A DNA stretch of 64,000 nt from Cyclobacteriaceae bacterium (GTDB lineage Bacteria; Bacteroidota; Bacteroidia; Cytophagales; Cyclobacteriaceae). Of the stretch, positions 54,328 to 64,000 are shown in pieces (the stretch's first letter is position 1; every line of letters begins with the position of its first letter). The notes under the pieces were generated by a model. The model searched no databases, was not told the DNA's origin, and was given only the letters and a program-made list of their open reading frames with translations. The stretch spans positions 13,985 through 77,984 of the forward strand of contig JANNQG010000004.1 of NCBI GenBank assembly GCA_031400595.1, given 5' to 3'. Position numbers and translations under genes: made by a program.

Positions 54328-55407
54328 TTAGAGTATAGGAACTCCAATAGGGTCAAACTTCACGGTGTCATCCAATCTGAAATTTCCGTTCCTGCCTGTG
54401 GTTACATAGCCAAAGCTTCCTACACCAAAACCGATCGCAGCCTCTCTCGCCACTCCACCATATTGGTTATTCATCGAATAATATTGTGTCCACCGATCGG
54501 TAGTTGGATTGTATTGCCATACATCGGCTAATGCGGTACCATTGACGCCTCCGCCAACGATATAGCCAAACCCATCAATGGTGAAGGTCGAAGCCAGCTC
54601 TCTTGCTGCAGGCTGATCTATCTTATTTCCACTTTCATCTCTTTGGTTGAGTGAAAGCTTTTGCGTCCACGTATCATTGGTCGGATCATACTGCTCCACG
54701 TTACGAATAGTTTGTGCATTGTTTGTACCACCTACTACGTATGCAAAATTCCCGATTGTCATCACAAAAGCGTTCACACGCTTAAATGAAACACCCGTGC
54801 GCTGTTCCCAGGTATTTGTTGTCGGCTTATACTCCCACAAGTCATTGGTCGCGTTTGAGCCAACCGTAGTTCCTGCACCCACAAATCCGCGATTGCTGAT
54901 AGAAAATGCAATGCAACCGTATCTGCCCGTTTCTGTAATGGGGTCGCCAAAATCCTTCACTTGTCTCCACGTTCCAACTCCACTGTTGCCGGTAGGATCA
55001 AACTCCCAAAAATCTTTGAGGCGGTTACTTGTTGTGCCGATGCCTGTGCCCACATAACCCTTTCCTGAAATAACGAAAGCCACGGCACCACTTCTGGCTG
55101 GTCCCGGAAAATCAGCTTTCTTAATCCAACCATTTTTGATGGGATCAAACTGCCACCAGTCATTCAGGCGCTTTCCCTCTGAGTCAAAGCCACCGCCCAC
55201 ATAGGCTTTTCCATCAATCAAGAAAGAAGCAGCACCACTCCTGCCAGAGCCACTAAAATTTGCAATCTGCGCCCAGTTCCCAGGTTTCGCAACAGTTGGT
55301 GTAGAGGATGAACCCCCACACGAGGAAAGGGTTAGTGCAAAAAAGCTCACTGAACTTATCGCCAAAAAATAAAATAGGTGTTTCACAGTGCTATTAGTTT
55401 TGTACAT
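54328..55407 (-). CDS. Kelch-repeat lipoprotein
   Basis: 'LSSCGG' lipobox; repeats 'GKAYVGGG...WWQFDP...W','GKGYVGTG...FWEFDP'. Confidence 0.9.
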   Translation of the reverse strand: MYKTNSTVKHLFYFLAISSVSFFALTLSSCGGSSSTPTVAKPGNWAQIANFSGSGRSGAASFLIDGKAYVGGGFDSEGKRLNDWWQFDPIKNGWIKKADFPGPARSGAVAFVISGKGYVGTGIGTTSNRLKDFWEFDPTGNSGVGTWRQVKDFGDPITETGRYGCIAFSISNRGFVGAGTTVGSNATNDLWEYKPTTNTWEQRTGVSFKRVNAFVMTIGNFAYVVGGTNNAQTIRNVEQYDPTNDTWTQKLSLNQRDESGNKIDQPAARELASTFTIDGFGYIVGGGVNGTALADVWQYNPTTDRWTQYYSMNNQYGGVAREAAIGFGVGSFGYVTTGRNGNFRLDDTVKFDPIGVPIL

Positions 55408-56809
55408 ACGAATAATTGATTTTTAACTTGATTTTATGTTGCAAATTTCGTTGATCTCCCAATACAACCCGATTTACTTCGGCAAGGTAAGCCGGTGGTG
55501 CCACTGCGATAACCAATGGTGTAATAGTATTGAGACTGGAGACCAATTCACTTCCCAAAAAATTGACCAATGGGAAAGAGTATTTCGTCTTTACTCCATA
55601 TTCGAAATCATACGAAATAGTTGCGGAGAGATAGCCTGATCGATCAACTGCGGGCGCACGACTCAACACCACATTCGATGGGTCTGTAACAAACAATGCC
55701 AAAGAATTGGGTACTCTCAAGCTGGTAGAGTACGTATTTTGTACAGGCACAATTTCTAACGAAGCATCAATTAAGATAAAGTTCTTTTTCGAAAAGAAAC
55801 TCTTCAATGTTGGGAATTCAACTTTAGTAGCCAATCCTATCCCAGATTGAACAAAAGTAGTATTCCCCGTAAGGGTAGATGAAATCGAACTACGGCCTGT
55901 GAGTGCAGCAAGCGGAGTGGCGCTCCGATCGCTCTGTATACTATTGAACTGGGCGGAAGCATTGCGTATCGGAAAATCGAAATAGGTTTGTTGCAATAAG
56001 TCACCAAATAATCTTTTATAATAAAGCCTAATCTTAACCTTATTAGCTCGAAAACCAACTACGCTTCCGTTTTCAAAAGCATCTGTGGTTAAATGAAGCC
56101 CATTAAAAAATTCAGTGATAAAAGAATTAGAATTAGTAAAATAGGACGTGGCCGTTCCTGCAATTGCATCCGCCTGCGCCAAATCAAACCAGTTCTTACC
56201 AAACGCTGTCGGTAGCTTGATGTAAAGTGAGTCCCTGCTAGGCGAGAACTTTACGCTAACTGTCGTGATTGGAACCGGATTAAAATTGGCTTGACTGGTA
56301 TTATAAATAGCCGACTGCGTGGCAGCCACAAAAAAAGAAATGTTATCGTCTATTCTATACGGCAACGGAGTTCTCAGGCGCGGGATACTAGTCATTTGAT
56401 GAATCTGAATAGTCTGCGTTTGAGTGGTATCACCATAAAAATATTTTGAATAAGGAAGAACCAGGCCGATAGAATCAAATGAACTATTTTGATCAGGCGC
56501 AAATGAGCCTGAATAACCCACTTGAAAATAAGTAGAGGCAGAAACCTTTCCCAAAAAAGCATCTTGATATCGACCGAGCATAAGTTGATTAGTACCAGTG
56601 GTGGGTAACGAATCGACCAAAATCGTAGAAGTTACTACAGAAAAGGTATCTACGAAAACCGTTCTCAAACTGCTTTTGCCAAAATTCTGGTCTCCCTTTA
56701 AAATACCAGGATCCTCGCAAGCCATTAAAAGCAAACAGGAAATAGCAAAACCTAACAAGGGTCTACACATCAAAACAGCCTTACTTGCACGTTTACTAAC
56801 CACCTTCAC
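55394..56809 (-). CDS. DUF4270-like lipoprotein
   Basis: Lipobox 'LLMACEDP'; 'VDTFSVVTSTILVDSLPT', 'LGRYQDAFLGKV', 'FDSIGLVL', 'YFYGDTT'; overlaps the Kelch gene. Confidence 0.75.
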   Translation of the reverse strand: MKVVSKRASKAVLMCRPLLGFAISCLLLMACEDPGILKGDQNFGKSSLRTVFVDTFSVVTSTILVDSLPTTGTNQLMLGRYQDAFLGKVSASTYFQVGYSGSFAPDQNSSFDSIGLVLPYSKYFYGDTTQTQTIQIHQMTSIPRLRTPLPYRIDDNISFFVAATQSAIYNTSQANFNPVPITTVSVKFSPSRDSLYIKLPTAFGKNWFDLAQADAIAGTATSYFTNSNSFITEFFNGLHLTTDAFENGSVVGFRANKVKIRLYYKRLFGDLLQQTYFDFPIRNASAQFNSIQSDRSATPLAALTGRSSISSTLTGNTTFVQSGIGLATKVEFPTLKSFFSKKNFILIDASLEIVPVQNTYSTSLRVPNSLALFVTDPSNVVLSRAPAVDRSGYLSATISYDFEYGVKTKYSFPLVNFLGSELVSSLNTITPLVIAVAPPAYLAEVNRVVLGDQRNLQHKIKLKINYSYVQN

Positions 56810-56893
56810 TAAGACTATTTGATTAACCGGAAAGTTTTACAATTCTAAACTAATAACAGCGGAACAATCAAATTATTGCAACGCAACATAAAG

Positions 56894-56967
56894 TGAGCCT
56901 GGAGGGATTCAAACCCCCAACCTTCTGATCCGTAGTCAAATGCTCTATTCAGTTAAGCTACAGGCCC
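56894..56967 (-). tRNA. tRNA-Arg (anticodon ACG)
   Basis: GGGCCTG/CAGGCTC acceptor, anticodon loop CT-ACG-GA, T-arm GGGGG-TTTGAAT-CCCTC; non-canonical D-loop GA and T-loop TTTGA. Confidence 0.93.
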
Positions 56968-57025
56968 ATATTTCAACATACAACTAAAAGAGTGCCTACT
57001 GCATCTCCTATTCGCAATTGGTCGG

Positions 57026-57056
57026 CAAATTTAAGAGAATTAATCCTTTGAACAAA
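57026..57056 (-). promoter_or_regulatory. Canonical Bacteroidota promoter for tRNA-Arg
   Basis: TTTG (57053-56), 19-nt spacer, TAAATTTG (57026-33). Confidence 0.8.
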
Positions 57057-57088
57057 TCTTTGATGTTGGCCACTGAGCACTAAAAATG

Positions 57089-57096
57089 TATTTTTG
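57089..57096 (+). promoter_or_regulatory. -7 promoter box TATTTTTG
   Basis: 23 nt upstream of the OMP start. Confidence 0.55.
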
Positions 57097-57119
57097 CCGT
57101 TTCAATTTTCAAAAAAGCT

Positions 57120-57842
57120 ATGTTTCGCCATCTTTTTCTTCTAATACTGCTTACGACCGCCTACCAATTCTCTACAGCGCAGGAAAAAGTGCAAAAAGCA
57201 AGAAGGCCCGATCTACCAGGTTCATTTATTGTTGAATTTGGTTTTAACAGGGCACTCGGAAGCACACCTTCCAGATTCGACCAAGGTTTTTGGGGATCAC
57301 GTACACTCAACCTATACTACCAATATCCGATACGACTTCTGAAGTCAAAATTCAGTTACAATCCTGCTTTTGGCTTGTCATTGGAACGCTATAAACTGAC
57401 TAACAATTACACGTTGACAAGAACTCCCGAAGCTGATGGAGCCTACGCGCTTCGACCGGCTAGCGATCTTGGCATGCCCAATGCCGATAAAAGCATGTTA
57501 ATCATGAACTATGTTGATTTTATGCCGGCCGAACTAAGATTTGATACAAACCCTGACGACAAGAATCGCAGTTTACATGTTTCGGCAGGCGTTCGGGTTG
57601 GCTTCTTGTTTGAAAGTCACACAAAAGTAAACTACAAGGATGGAGGGGAAGACATTACATTGAAATCAAAACAGAATTTCGGGCTTAGTTCTTTTCGCTA
57701 CGGGTTTTATGGCAAACTGGGTGTTGGCTCATTTGATTTTTTTGGATACTACAACGCAACTCCGATATTCAAAGAAAACAAAGGACCTGAGCAAACAGCC
57801 ATGAATACACTCACCTTGGGAATATCGCTCAGCGGATTCTAG
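57120..57842 (+). CDS. Outer-membrane beta-barrel (PorT/porin-family) protein
   Basis: Signal peptide, amphipathic strands, 'YNATPIFK', C-terminal 'LGISLSGF'. Confidence 0.8.
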   Translation: MFRHLFLLILLTTAYQFSTAQEKVQKARRPDLPGSFIVEFGFNRALGSTPSRFDQGFWGSRTLNLYYQYPIRLLKSKFSYNPAFGLSLERYKLTNNYTLTRTPEADGAYALRPASDLGMPNADKSMLIMNYVDFMPAELRFDTNPDDKNRSLHVSAGVRVGFLFESHTKVNYKDGGEDITLKSKQNFGLSSFRYGFYGKLGVGSFDFFGYYNATPIFKENKGPEQTAMNTLTLGISLSGF

Positions 57843-57860
57843 TTTTAGAAATTCAAATTT

Positions 57861-58643
57861 CTATTTTCCTAAAAAAGCGGGCTTTCTCTTTTCTAAAAAT
57901 GCCTGTACACCTTCTTTGTGGTCGTGTGTAGCTCCAGCAATCTCTTGACAGTACGCTTCGTACTCGAGCATTTCCTCTAAGCTGGCCGTGGTCGATTTAT
58001 TGAGCATCTTTTTGATAAGGCCAATGGCCCTGGTTGGGGCAACGGCAAAATAATCTGTGTACTGTTTCACTGCATCGTCCAAATCGGCAGGAGCAACAAC
58101 TTTGTTCACTAGCCCAAGTTGAAGTGCTTCCTGAGCCTTTACACGTTGGCCCATACTACACAACTCGAACGCTTTGGCCATTCCCACCAAACGTGGAAGA
58201 AAATAAGCGGACCCAGAGTCCGGAACCAGACCGATATTGACGAAGACCTCAATCAGTGTGCCTTCTTCTGAGGCCACTATAATATCGCACGCCAATGCGA
58301 GTGAACAGCCCGCTCCGGCCGCAACGCCATTTAGCCGACATACGATCGGTTTGGGCAAACTGCGCATTGCTGCAACGATTGGATTGTATCGTTTATGCAA
58401 GGAATCCATGAACGATCTCTTTCCTTGTTTAGAACTATCTTTTAAATCCTGTCCCGAGCAAAATGCTTTTCCTACACCCGTCAAGACCACGACACGAACC
58501 TCGTCATCTTTTGCTATCGCTTTCAATACATCTTGAAGTTCATAGGTGATCCCATCATTCAGGGCATTGTAAACTTCGGGGCGATTGAAAGAAACGGTAG
58601 CGACTCCTTCTTTCTTTACGTAGGTTAGAAACTGAAATTCCAT
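57861..58643 (-). CDS. Enoyl-CoA hydratase/isomerase, PaaG-like
   Basis: 'FNRPEVYNAL', 'AFCSGQDL', 'GVAAGAGCSLALACD', 'IGLVPDSG' (PaaG-type Asp), 'EGVQAFLEKRKPAF'. Confidence 0.9.
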   Translation of the reverse strand: MEFQFLTYVKKEGVATVSFNRPEVYNALNDGITYELQDVLKAIAKDDEVRVVVLTGVGKAFCSGQDLKDSSKQGKRSFMDSLHKRYNPIVAAMRSLPKPIVCRLNGVAAGAGCSLALACDIIVASEEGTLIEVFVNIGLVPDSGSAYFLPRLVGMAKAFELCSMGQRVKAQEALQLGLVNKVVAPADLDDAVKQYTDYFAVAPTRAIGLIKKMLNKSTTASLEEMLEYEAYCQEIAGATHDHKEGVQAFLEKRKPAFLGK

Positions 58644-58665
58644 AACTCGCTTTTTTTGATTGATG

Positions 58666-59280
58666 TTAAAACAAAATAATCATTCCAAAGAACCCAACAA
58701 GAAACCCGACTACACCTCCATACATCACTTCACGAGGTGTATGTGCATCCAACACTAGCCTAGAAGACATTACTAAACCAGTTGCTAAAATCGTAAATGC
58801 CGTTGGCCATAACAAATTCAATTGGTCTGTCACCTGATTCAATGGTAACAAGATACCAATGCCTCCACCCATTGCGATGCTATGAATACTAATTTTATAG
58901 TAAAATGTAATGAGTAGCGAAACTACCACCAATGCCGAGATGATCATCATCAACTTATTAAAATTCGCGCTAAATGGAAGTTTGAAGTAGAAGAGAAACG
59001 TAACGAGTACGTAGAGCAATGAAATAAAAACAAAGGGTAAAATTCGTTCTTGTCGGGATTCCAACGTAAGTGATTGAATGCTACCAAATGCACGAAGCAT
59101 CACAATATTGACGGCTGGAAGAACAAATGTAAACACGAAAACTAAGCCAATGACAATCATTCGGTTCTCTTTGCGAATCATCAACATAGAAGGAAAATAG
59201 TACGATAAAACAATGACCAGATAGGTGGTCAACAGCAAGGGATGAAAACCGACAGAAATAAATTTTGCTACGTGCTTCAC
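58666..59280 (-). CDS. Membrane protein, PAP2-like C-terminus
   Basis: About 6 TM; 'KISIHSIAMGG', 'SRLVLDAHTPREV'. Confidence 0.7.
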   Translation of the reverse strand: MKHVAKFISVGFHPLLLTTYLVIVLSYYFPSMLMIRKENRMIVIGLVFVFTFVLPAVNIVMLRAFGSIQSLTLESRQERILPFVFISLLYVLVTFLFYFKLPFSANFNKLMMIISALVVVSLLITFYYKISIHSIAMGGGIGILLPLNQVTDQLNLLWPTAFTILATGLVMSSRLVLDAHTPREVMYGGVVGFLVGFFGMIILF

Positions 59281-59282
59281 TC

Positions 59283-60770
59283 TTACATCTCTTTTCGCAA
59301 ACGAGCCACTGGAATATTCAATTGCTCACGGTATTTTGCAACTGTACGCCTGGCAATGTTGTATCCTTTTTCGTTCAATAGATCTTCTAACTTATCATCA
59401 GGAAATGGCTTGCTCTTGTCCTCGCTTTCGATGAGATCTTTGATAATTTGTTTCACTTCTCGGCTACTCACCTCTTCTCCCGAATCGGTTGAAATACCCT
59501 CCGAAAAAAAGTACTTCAGTGGATAAATACCAAAATCAGTTTGGATTGTTTTGCTACTCGCCACCCGACTAACAGTAGAGATATCCATATTGATCATCTG
59601 CGCGATGTCTTTGAGAATCATCGGCCGCAACTTGGTTTCATCTCCCTCTTGAAAATAGTCAAATTGAAAATCAACGATGGCCTTCATGGTTCGCAATAAC
59701 GTATGCTGACGTTGTCGGATAGCATCGATAAACCATTTGGCCGCATCCAATTTCTGCTTGACGAACGAAACTGCTTCTTTTAGCTTTTTGTCCTTTTTGT
59801 CGCTTTTGTCATACGCCTTAAACATGTCTGAATAAGAACGACTGATTCGCAGTTCAGGTGCATTTCTAGAGTTTAGTGACAACTCTAACTTGCCGTTGTT
59901 ATTGACGAGAATAAAATCTGGAATGACGTATTGATTTTTCACGTTACCACTGCTCACTTCCCCTCCGGGTTTTGGATTCAGCCGAACAATCAATTCGATC
60001 GCATCTTTGATATAATCCTCATCGTCTAAATCTAATTTTTTGAGGATTTTCGCGTAGTGCTTTTTTGTAAATTCTTCATAGCACTCTTGCAAAATTCGTT
60101 TGCCCACAATTACGTCTACGTCCTGGCCATCATCCATTCTTTCTAGCTGAAGCAAGAGGCATTCCTGTAGATTCCGAGCCGCAATCCCGGCTGGATCAAA
60201 TGATTGTATTTTTTTAAGAACAGCCTCCAGATCTTCTAATGTCGTTTCAAAACCCTGCGAAAAGGCAAGGTCATTCACAATGGATTCCAATTCTCTGCGT
60301 ATGTAGCCATCGCCTTCTATGCTTCCGATGAGCTGTTTCCCTATGGTGTTTTGTTTTTCATTTAATCCCAAAAAACCGAGTTGAGTCGTAAGGGTTTCGT
60401 GCAATGAGGTAGAAGTTGGCATCGGCATCTCCCGCTCCTCTTCATCACCATCATCATTGTACGTTTTGTAACTGGTGTAATCGTCATCACGCAGATAGTC
60501 GTTGATGTCAATTTCATCATTCGCACTGGGCTCCTCGGCTGTCTGCTCGTCTGCAGGTGAGTCCGAATCAACAGACTGTTCGGGTGTCTCTTCCGGTCTG
60601 TTTTCTTCCTGTTCTTCCTCCTCTCCTTCTTCCAGCACCGGATTTAACTCCAATTCCTCTTCGATTCTATTTTCGAGTTCGGCCGTTGGCACTTGCAGCA
60701 ACTTGATAAACTGTATCTGCTGGGGAGATAGCTTTTGCTGTAGGGATTGATGTAAGCCGAGTCGTTGCAT
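59283..60770 (-). CDS. rpoN: RNA polymerase sigma-54
   Basis: 'QKLSPQQIQFIKLLQ', 'MDISTVSRVA', RpoN box 'ARRTVAKYRE'. Confidence 0.98.
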   Translation of the reverse strand: MQRLGLHQSLQQKLSPQQIQFIKLLQVPTAELENRIEEELELNPVLEEGEEEEQEENRPEETPEQSVDSDSPADEQTAEEPSANDEIDINDYLRDDDYTSYKTYNDDGDEEEREMPMPTSTSLHETLTTQLGFLGLNEKQNTIGKQLIGSIEGDGYIRRELESIVNDLAFSQGFETTLEDLEAVLKKIQSFDPAGIAARNLQECLLLQLERMDDGQDVDVIVGKRILQECYEEFTKKHYAKILKKLDLDDEDYIKDAIELIVRLNPKPGGEVSSGNVKNQYVIPDFILVNNNGKLELSLNSRNAPELRISRSYSDMFKAYDKSDKKDKKLKEAVSFVKQKLDAAKWFIDAIRQRQHTLLRTMKAIVDFQFDYFQEGDETKLRPMILKDIAQMINMDISTVSRVASSKTIQTDFGIYPLKYFFSEGISTDSGEEVSSREVKQIIKDLIESEDKSKPFPDDKLEDLLNEKGYNIARRTVAKYREQLNIPVARLRKEM

Positions 60771-60786
60771 TTATCTTGCCAAGTCA

Positions 60787-60816
60787 CAAAGTTATCAATT
60801 AGCGAGGGGATGCAAA
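60787..60816 (-). promoter_or_regulatory. Bacteroidota promoter for rpoN
   Basis: TTTG (60813-16), 18-nt spacer, TAACTTTG (60787-94). Confidence 0.65.
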
Positions 60817-60966
60817 ATCTGATCCAAAATTTATGAGTACGGGTAGGACAAAACTCACAACCGTGTGACAATTACACCTTCACACGAGGGATGTCAACTT
60901 CGCTTGTCAAATTCTTTGATTAAAAATTCAAAATGCCTTGCTTTGCGATCCAAAATTTGAAGCTGT

Positions 60967-62400
60967 ATGAAACGAGTCAAAATCAAAGAGTTATTGGCAA
61001 CACCTCCTGCCGGACAGGTTGTAAAAATACAAGGTTGGGTGCGCACCTTTCGCAATAACCAGTTTATTGCGTTGAATGACGGATCTACCATTCAAAACCT
61101 GCAGGCTGTGGTTGCACTATCTTCGATCGATGACACCATCCTTAAAAGAATTACTACTGGGGCTTGTCTATCTATCCAAGGCGAGCTGATTCCCTCTCAA
61201 GGAAAAGGCCAATTGGTAGAAGTAAAAGTGACAGAGCTCGAAATTCTGGGCGACTGTGACGCGGAGAAGTTTCCATTGCAACCCAAAAAACACTCCCTTG
61301 AATTTCTTCGGGAGATCGCACACCTACGCTCACGTACAAACACCATCAGTGCGGTCATGCGCGTGAGACACGCAATGGCTTTTGCGATACACAGGTTTTT
61401 TAATGACCGCGGGTTCTACTATGTTCATACACCAATCATTACAGGATCAGATGCTGAGGGGGCGGGAGATATGTTTAGAGTAACTACATTAGACGGAAAG
61501 AACCCTCCTTTAGATGAAAACGGTCATATCAATCACAAAGAAGATTTTTTTGGGAGAGAAACTAATTTAACTGTTTCCGGCCAATTGGAAGGTGAAACCT
61601 ACGCATTGGCACTAAGTGAGATTTATACGTTCGGGCCTACCTTTCGAGCTGAGAATTCAAATACAGCGAGACACCTGGCCGAATTCTGGATGATTGAACC
61701 TGAAATGGCATTTTATGATATTCATGATAACATGCAGTTGGCCACCGAGCTGTTGCAATACTTGGTGCGCTATGCACTGGAAAACTGCATCGATGACTTA
61801 GAGTTCCTTAACAAAAGAGCGCAAGAAGAAGAAGCCACTAAGCCGCAGGAACAACGAAACGAGCTGGGTCTGTTAGAGAGGCTGAAGTTTGTTGTTGAAA
61901 ATGATTTTCAGAGACTAAGTTATACCGAAGCGATTGATATCCTGAAGAATTCAACGCCCAATAAGAAAAAGAAATTTCAATACGTAGTAGAAGAATGGGG
62001 TGTCGATCTACAATCGGAACATGAGCGCTATCTGGTGGAAAAACATTTCAAAAAGCCCGTGATCCTGTATAACTATCCAAAAAACATCAAAGCCTTTTAT
62101 ATGAGGCAAAATGAAGACGACAAAACGGTAGCCGCAATGGATGTGCTTTTCCCGGGTATCGGAGAAATTATCGGTGGTTCACAGCGCGAAGAACGATATG
62201 ATCGGCTATTGAAAAGAATTCAAGAAATGAATTTGCCGGAAAAAGAATTGTGGTGGTATCTCGAATTAAGAAAATTTGGATCGGCACCGCACAGCGGATT
62301 TGGTCTTGGCTTTGAAAGACTCATTTTGTTTGTAACCGGCATGACAAATATCCGTGATGTAATTCCTTTTCCACGGTTTCCAAAGAGCGCAGAATTTTAA
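60967..62400 (+). CDS. asnS: Asparagine--tRNA ligase
   Basis: 'GWVRTFR', '[10 protein letters not shown]', '[25 protein letters not shown]', '[10 protein letters not shown]', '[11 protein letters not shown]'. Confidence 0.98.
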   Translation: MKRVKIKELLATPPAGQVVKIQGWVRTFRNNQFIALNDGSTIQNLQAVVALSSIDDTILKRITTGACLSIQGELIPSQGKGQLVEVKVTELEILGDCDAEKFPLQPKKHSLEFLREIAHLRSRTNTISAVMRVRHAMAFAIHRFFNDRGFYYVHTPIITGSDAEGAGDMFRVTTLDGKNPPLDENGHINHKEDFFGRETNLTVSGQLEGETYALALSEIYTFGPTFRAENSNTARHLAEFWMIEPEMAFYDIHDNMQLATELLQYLVRYALENCIDDLEFLNKRAQEEEATKPQEQRNELGLLERLKFVVENDFQRLSYTEAIDILKNSTPNKKKKFQYVVEEWGVDLQSEHERYLVEKHFKKPVILYNYPKNIKAFYMRQNEDDKTVAAMDVLFPGIGEIIGGSQREERYDRLLKRIQEMNLPEKELWWYLELRKFGSAPHSGFGLGFERLILFVTGMTNIRDVIPFPRFPKSAEF

Positions 62401-62409
62401 TTTTTAGAT

Positions 62410-62526
62410 ATGGAAACGATCGAGGCATCGGGAATTATTGGGATGACAGAATTTGTCATATTTTGTTGCCTTGTAATTCTTGGCGTGTCATTTTTCAGTT
62501 TTACACAGCGAAAAAAAACAAATTGA
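62410..62526 (+). CDS. Small single-TM protein (38 aa, METIEASGIIGMTEFVIFCCLVILGVSFFSFTQRKKTN), below ORF-track cutoff
   Basis: Hand-translated; acidic N-terminus, hydrophobic core, basic tail; fills the asnS-capA gap. Confidence 0.45.
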   Translation: METIEASGIIGMTEFVIFCCLVILGVSFFSFTQRKKTN

Positions 62527-62574
62527 TTACCTGAACACTAACACGTTATCTATTAAATTTTCAAAGTCTCCTAC

Positions 62575-63621
62575 ATGTTGAAGATCTGCTTTTTCATTCT
62601 TTCATCGCTGGCTCTTTTACAGCCTCTGTCCGCACAAAACAAAGATACCATCACGGTGATCGGGGTTGGAGATATTATGATGGGTAGCAATTATCCGAAT
62701 GATTCTAAACTTCCAACTCAGGACGGCCTTCTATTAATGAAGGAAGTCGAACCGATTCTTAAAAATGCAGATATCACATTTGGAAACCTGGAGGGCGTAC
62801 TATTAAATCAAGGTGGCACAGCAAAAACGTGTCGCGATCCAAAAGTTTGTTACGTTTTTCGAAGCCCTGAAAAATATGTACAAAACCTAGTGAATGCCGG
62901 GTTTGATGTCATGAGTCTTGCGAATAATCACTCTGGCGATTTTGGCGAATTAGGCAAACGAAAGAGTATCGAAACATTAGAGAAAGCTGGTATTCAGCAA
63001 GCGGGTCAATTAAATAGACCCTACGTCATCATTGAAAAAAATGGAGTAAAGTTTGGGTTGGCTGCTTTTGCACCGAATGCTGGCTGCCCGGATATAAATA
63101 AAATTGGAATCGCGAAAAAAATCATTGCTCAACTGGATTCATTGGTTGATATCATCATCGTTTCGTTTCATGGCGGGGCGGAGGGTCCACTGCATGTGCA
63201 CGTACCTCGCAAAAACGAAATTTTTTATGGGGAAAATAGAGGAGATGTTTACCAGTTTGCCCACCAGCTCATAGATGCAGGCGCAGATATCGTTCTGGGT
63301 CACGGTCCTCATGTTACACGGGGAGTCGAGGTCTATAAAGACAAGTTCATCACCTACAGCATGGGAAACTTTTGCACCTATGGAGGGATAAATGTGAGTG
63401 GGATCAACGGCTTGGCTCCCATCATAAAGGTCTTTATGAATAGCAAAGGAGATTTCTTTAAAGCGCATATCACGTCTACCAAGCAAACATTTTATGGCCC
63501 AGTGATGCTGGACGAGCAAAAACAAGTATTAAAGCGCATTCAGACATTGACAAAAAAGGATTTCCCTGAGAGCCTTATTGAAATCCACAATGATGGGTGG
63601 GTTCGGAAATCCACAAAGTGA
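62575..63621 (+). CDS. capA: CapA/PGA_cap family metallophosphatase-fold protein
   Basis: 'GDIMMG', 'GNLEG', 'LANNHSGDFG', 'SFHGGAE', 'GHGPHV', 'YSMGNF'. Confidence 0.9.
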   Translation: MLKICFFILSSLALLQPLSAQNKDTITVIGVGDIMMGSNYPNDSKLPTQDGLLLMKEVEPILKNADITFGNLEGVLLNQGGTAKTCRDPKVCYVFRSPEKYVQNLVNAGFDVMSLANNHSGDFGELGKRKSIETLEKAGIQQAGQLNRPYVIIEKNGVKFGLAAFAPNAGCPDINKIGIAKKIIAQLDSLVDIIIVSFHGGAEGPLHVHVPRKNEIFYGENRGDVYQFAHQLIDAGADIVLGHGPHVTRGVEVYKDKFITYSMGNFCTYGGINVSGINGLAPIIKVFMNSKGDFFKAHITSTKQTFYGPVMLDEQKQVLKRIQTLTKKDFPESLIEIHNDGWVRKSTK

Positions 63622-63736
63622 TGTGAATAGCTTGTAGATAAAAAATTTACCCAACATTGCTTACAGTTTAAAGAATTGTTACTTTGCATGATGTTCGTTT
63701 GTCAAAACGATCAAAAATCAGGCGCTATTCAACTTC

Positions 63737-64000
63737 ATGGCTTACAAAGAAAAAGAAATCGAAAAGCTGTACTACTCGATCGGTGAAGTTGCCGAACAGT
63801 TTAACGTAGCCCCCTCTTTGATCCGTTTTTGGGAGACTGAGTTTGAATTAATCCAGCCGAAAAAGAACAGAAAAGGAAATCGACAGTTTACCAAAGAAGA
63901 TATTGAGAGTGTTCGCACCATTTATCACCTGGTAAAAGAGAAAGGATTCACGTTGCAAGGTGCCAAGGAGATGCTCAAAAATGATACACAATCCGTTCGC
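63737..64000 (+). CDS. MerR-family HTH regulator (runs off the window end)
   Basis: Hand-translated MAYKEKEIEKLYYSIGEVAEQFNVAPSLIRFWETEFELIQPKKNRKGNRQFTKEDI...; no stop before 64000. Confidence 0.92.
   Translation, partial: MAYKEKEIEKLYYSIGEVAEQFNVAPSLIRFWETEFELIQPKKNRKGNRQFTKEDIESVRTIYHLVKEKGFTLQGAKEMLKNDTQSVR

Noticed and set aside
54328-56809. Kelch + DUF4270 lipoproteins as P-locus members
   Set aside because: A recurrent stand-alone Bacteroidota gene pair, convergent on phnZ, with no phased TTAAC motif recognised upstream.
21513-56967. P locus lies between tRNA-Glu and tRNA-Arg, suggesting an integrated genomic island
   Set aside because: No integrase, transposase or duplicated tRNA 3' end found. 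The GGTTCGATGCCC at about 23261 lacks a T-stem. Flanks contain ordinary Bacteroidota genes and I saw no convincing composition shift by eye.
59283-60770. Sigma-54-dependent promoters controlling the locus
   Set aside because: I found no TGGCAC-N5-TTGC-type -24/-12 element with correct spacing in the intergenic regions inspected, and there is no enhancer-binding protein in the window.
62575-63621. CapA metallophosphatase as another P-scavenging enzyme or a PGA capsule locus
   Set aside because: No capB/capC; sits in core context after asnS, 8 kb outside the locus.

Overview
Bacteroidota chromosome, most likely Cytophagales (SusC/SusD pairs, TAnnTTTG/TTTG sigma-A promoters, FtsX/MacB-type permease, DUF4270/Kelch pair). 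Both ends are largely core or ordinary accessory genes: ABC systems, galM, penicillin-acylase family, VPS10 protein, pdhC-hslV, gap, tRNA-Glu, ECF sigma/TonB, tRNA-Arg, rpoN, asnS, capA family and a truncated merR. The centre (about 24.1-54.3 kb) is a ~30 kb organophosphorus-acquisition locus built like a polysaccharide-utilisation locus but with no recognisable glycoside hydrolase. It has two SusC/SusD pairs, a third TonB-dependent receptor, two paralogous beta-propeller/phosphoesterase (AcpA/PlcH-like) lipoproteins, a PI-PLC-like enzyme, a PLC-like/PhoA fusion, two purple-acid-type phosphatases and an XRE-cupin regulator. It ends in a phosphonate module (HpnW-type FAD oxidoreductase, PHP phosphatase, DUF5690 transporter, PhnX-like HAD, PhnZ) that lacks PhnW, PhnY and C-P lyase within the window. 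Several promoters in the locus carry 11-bp-phased NTAAC repeats resembling Pho boxes. My best candidate for an undescribed system is a SusCD-coupled phosphonolipid/phospholipid-headgroup utilisation locus. There is no CRISPR array, rRNA, integrase or transposase. All family calls come from motif recognition by eye and non-ORF coordinates were hand-counted (+/- a few nt); no database search was run.
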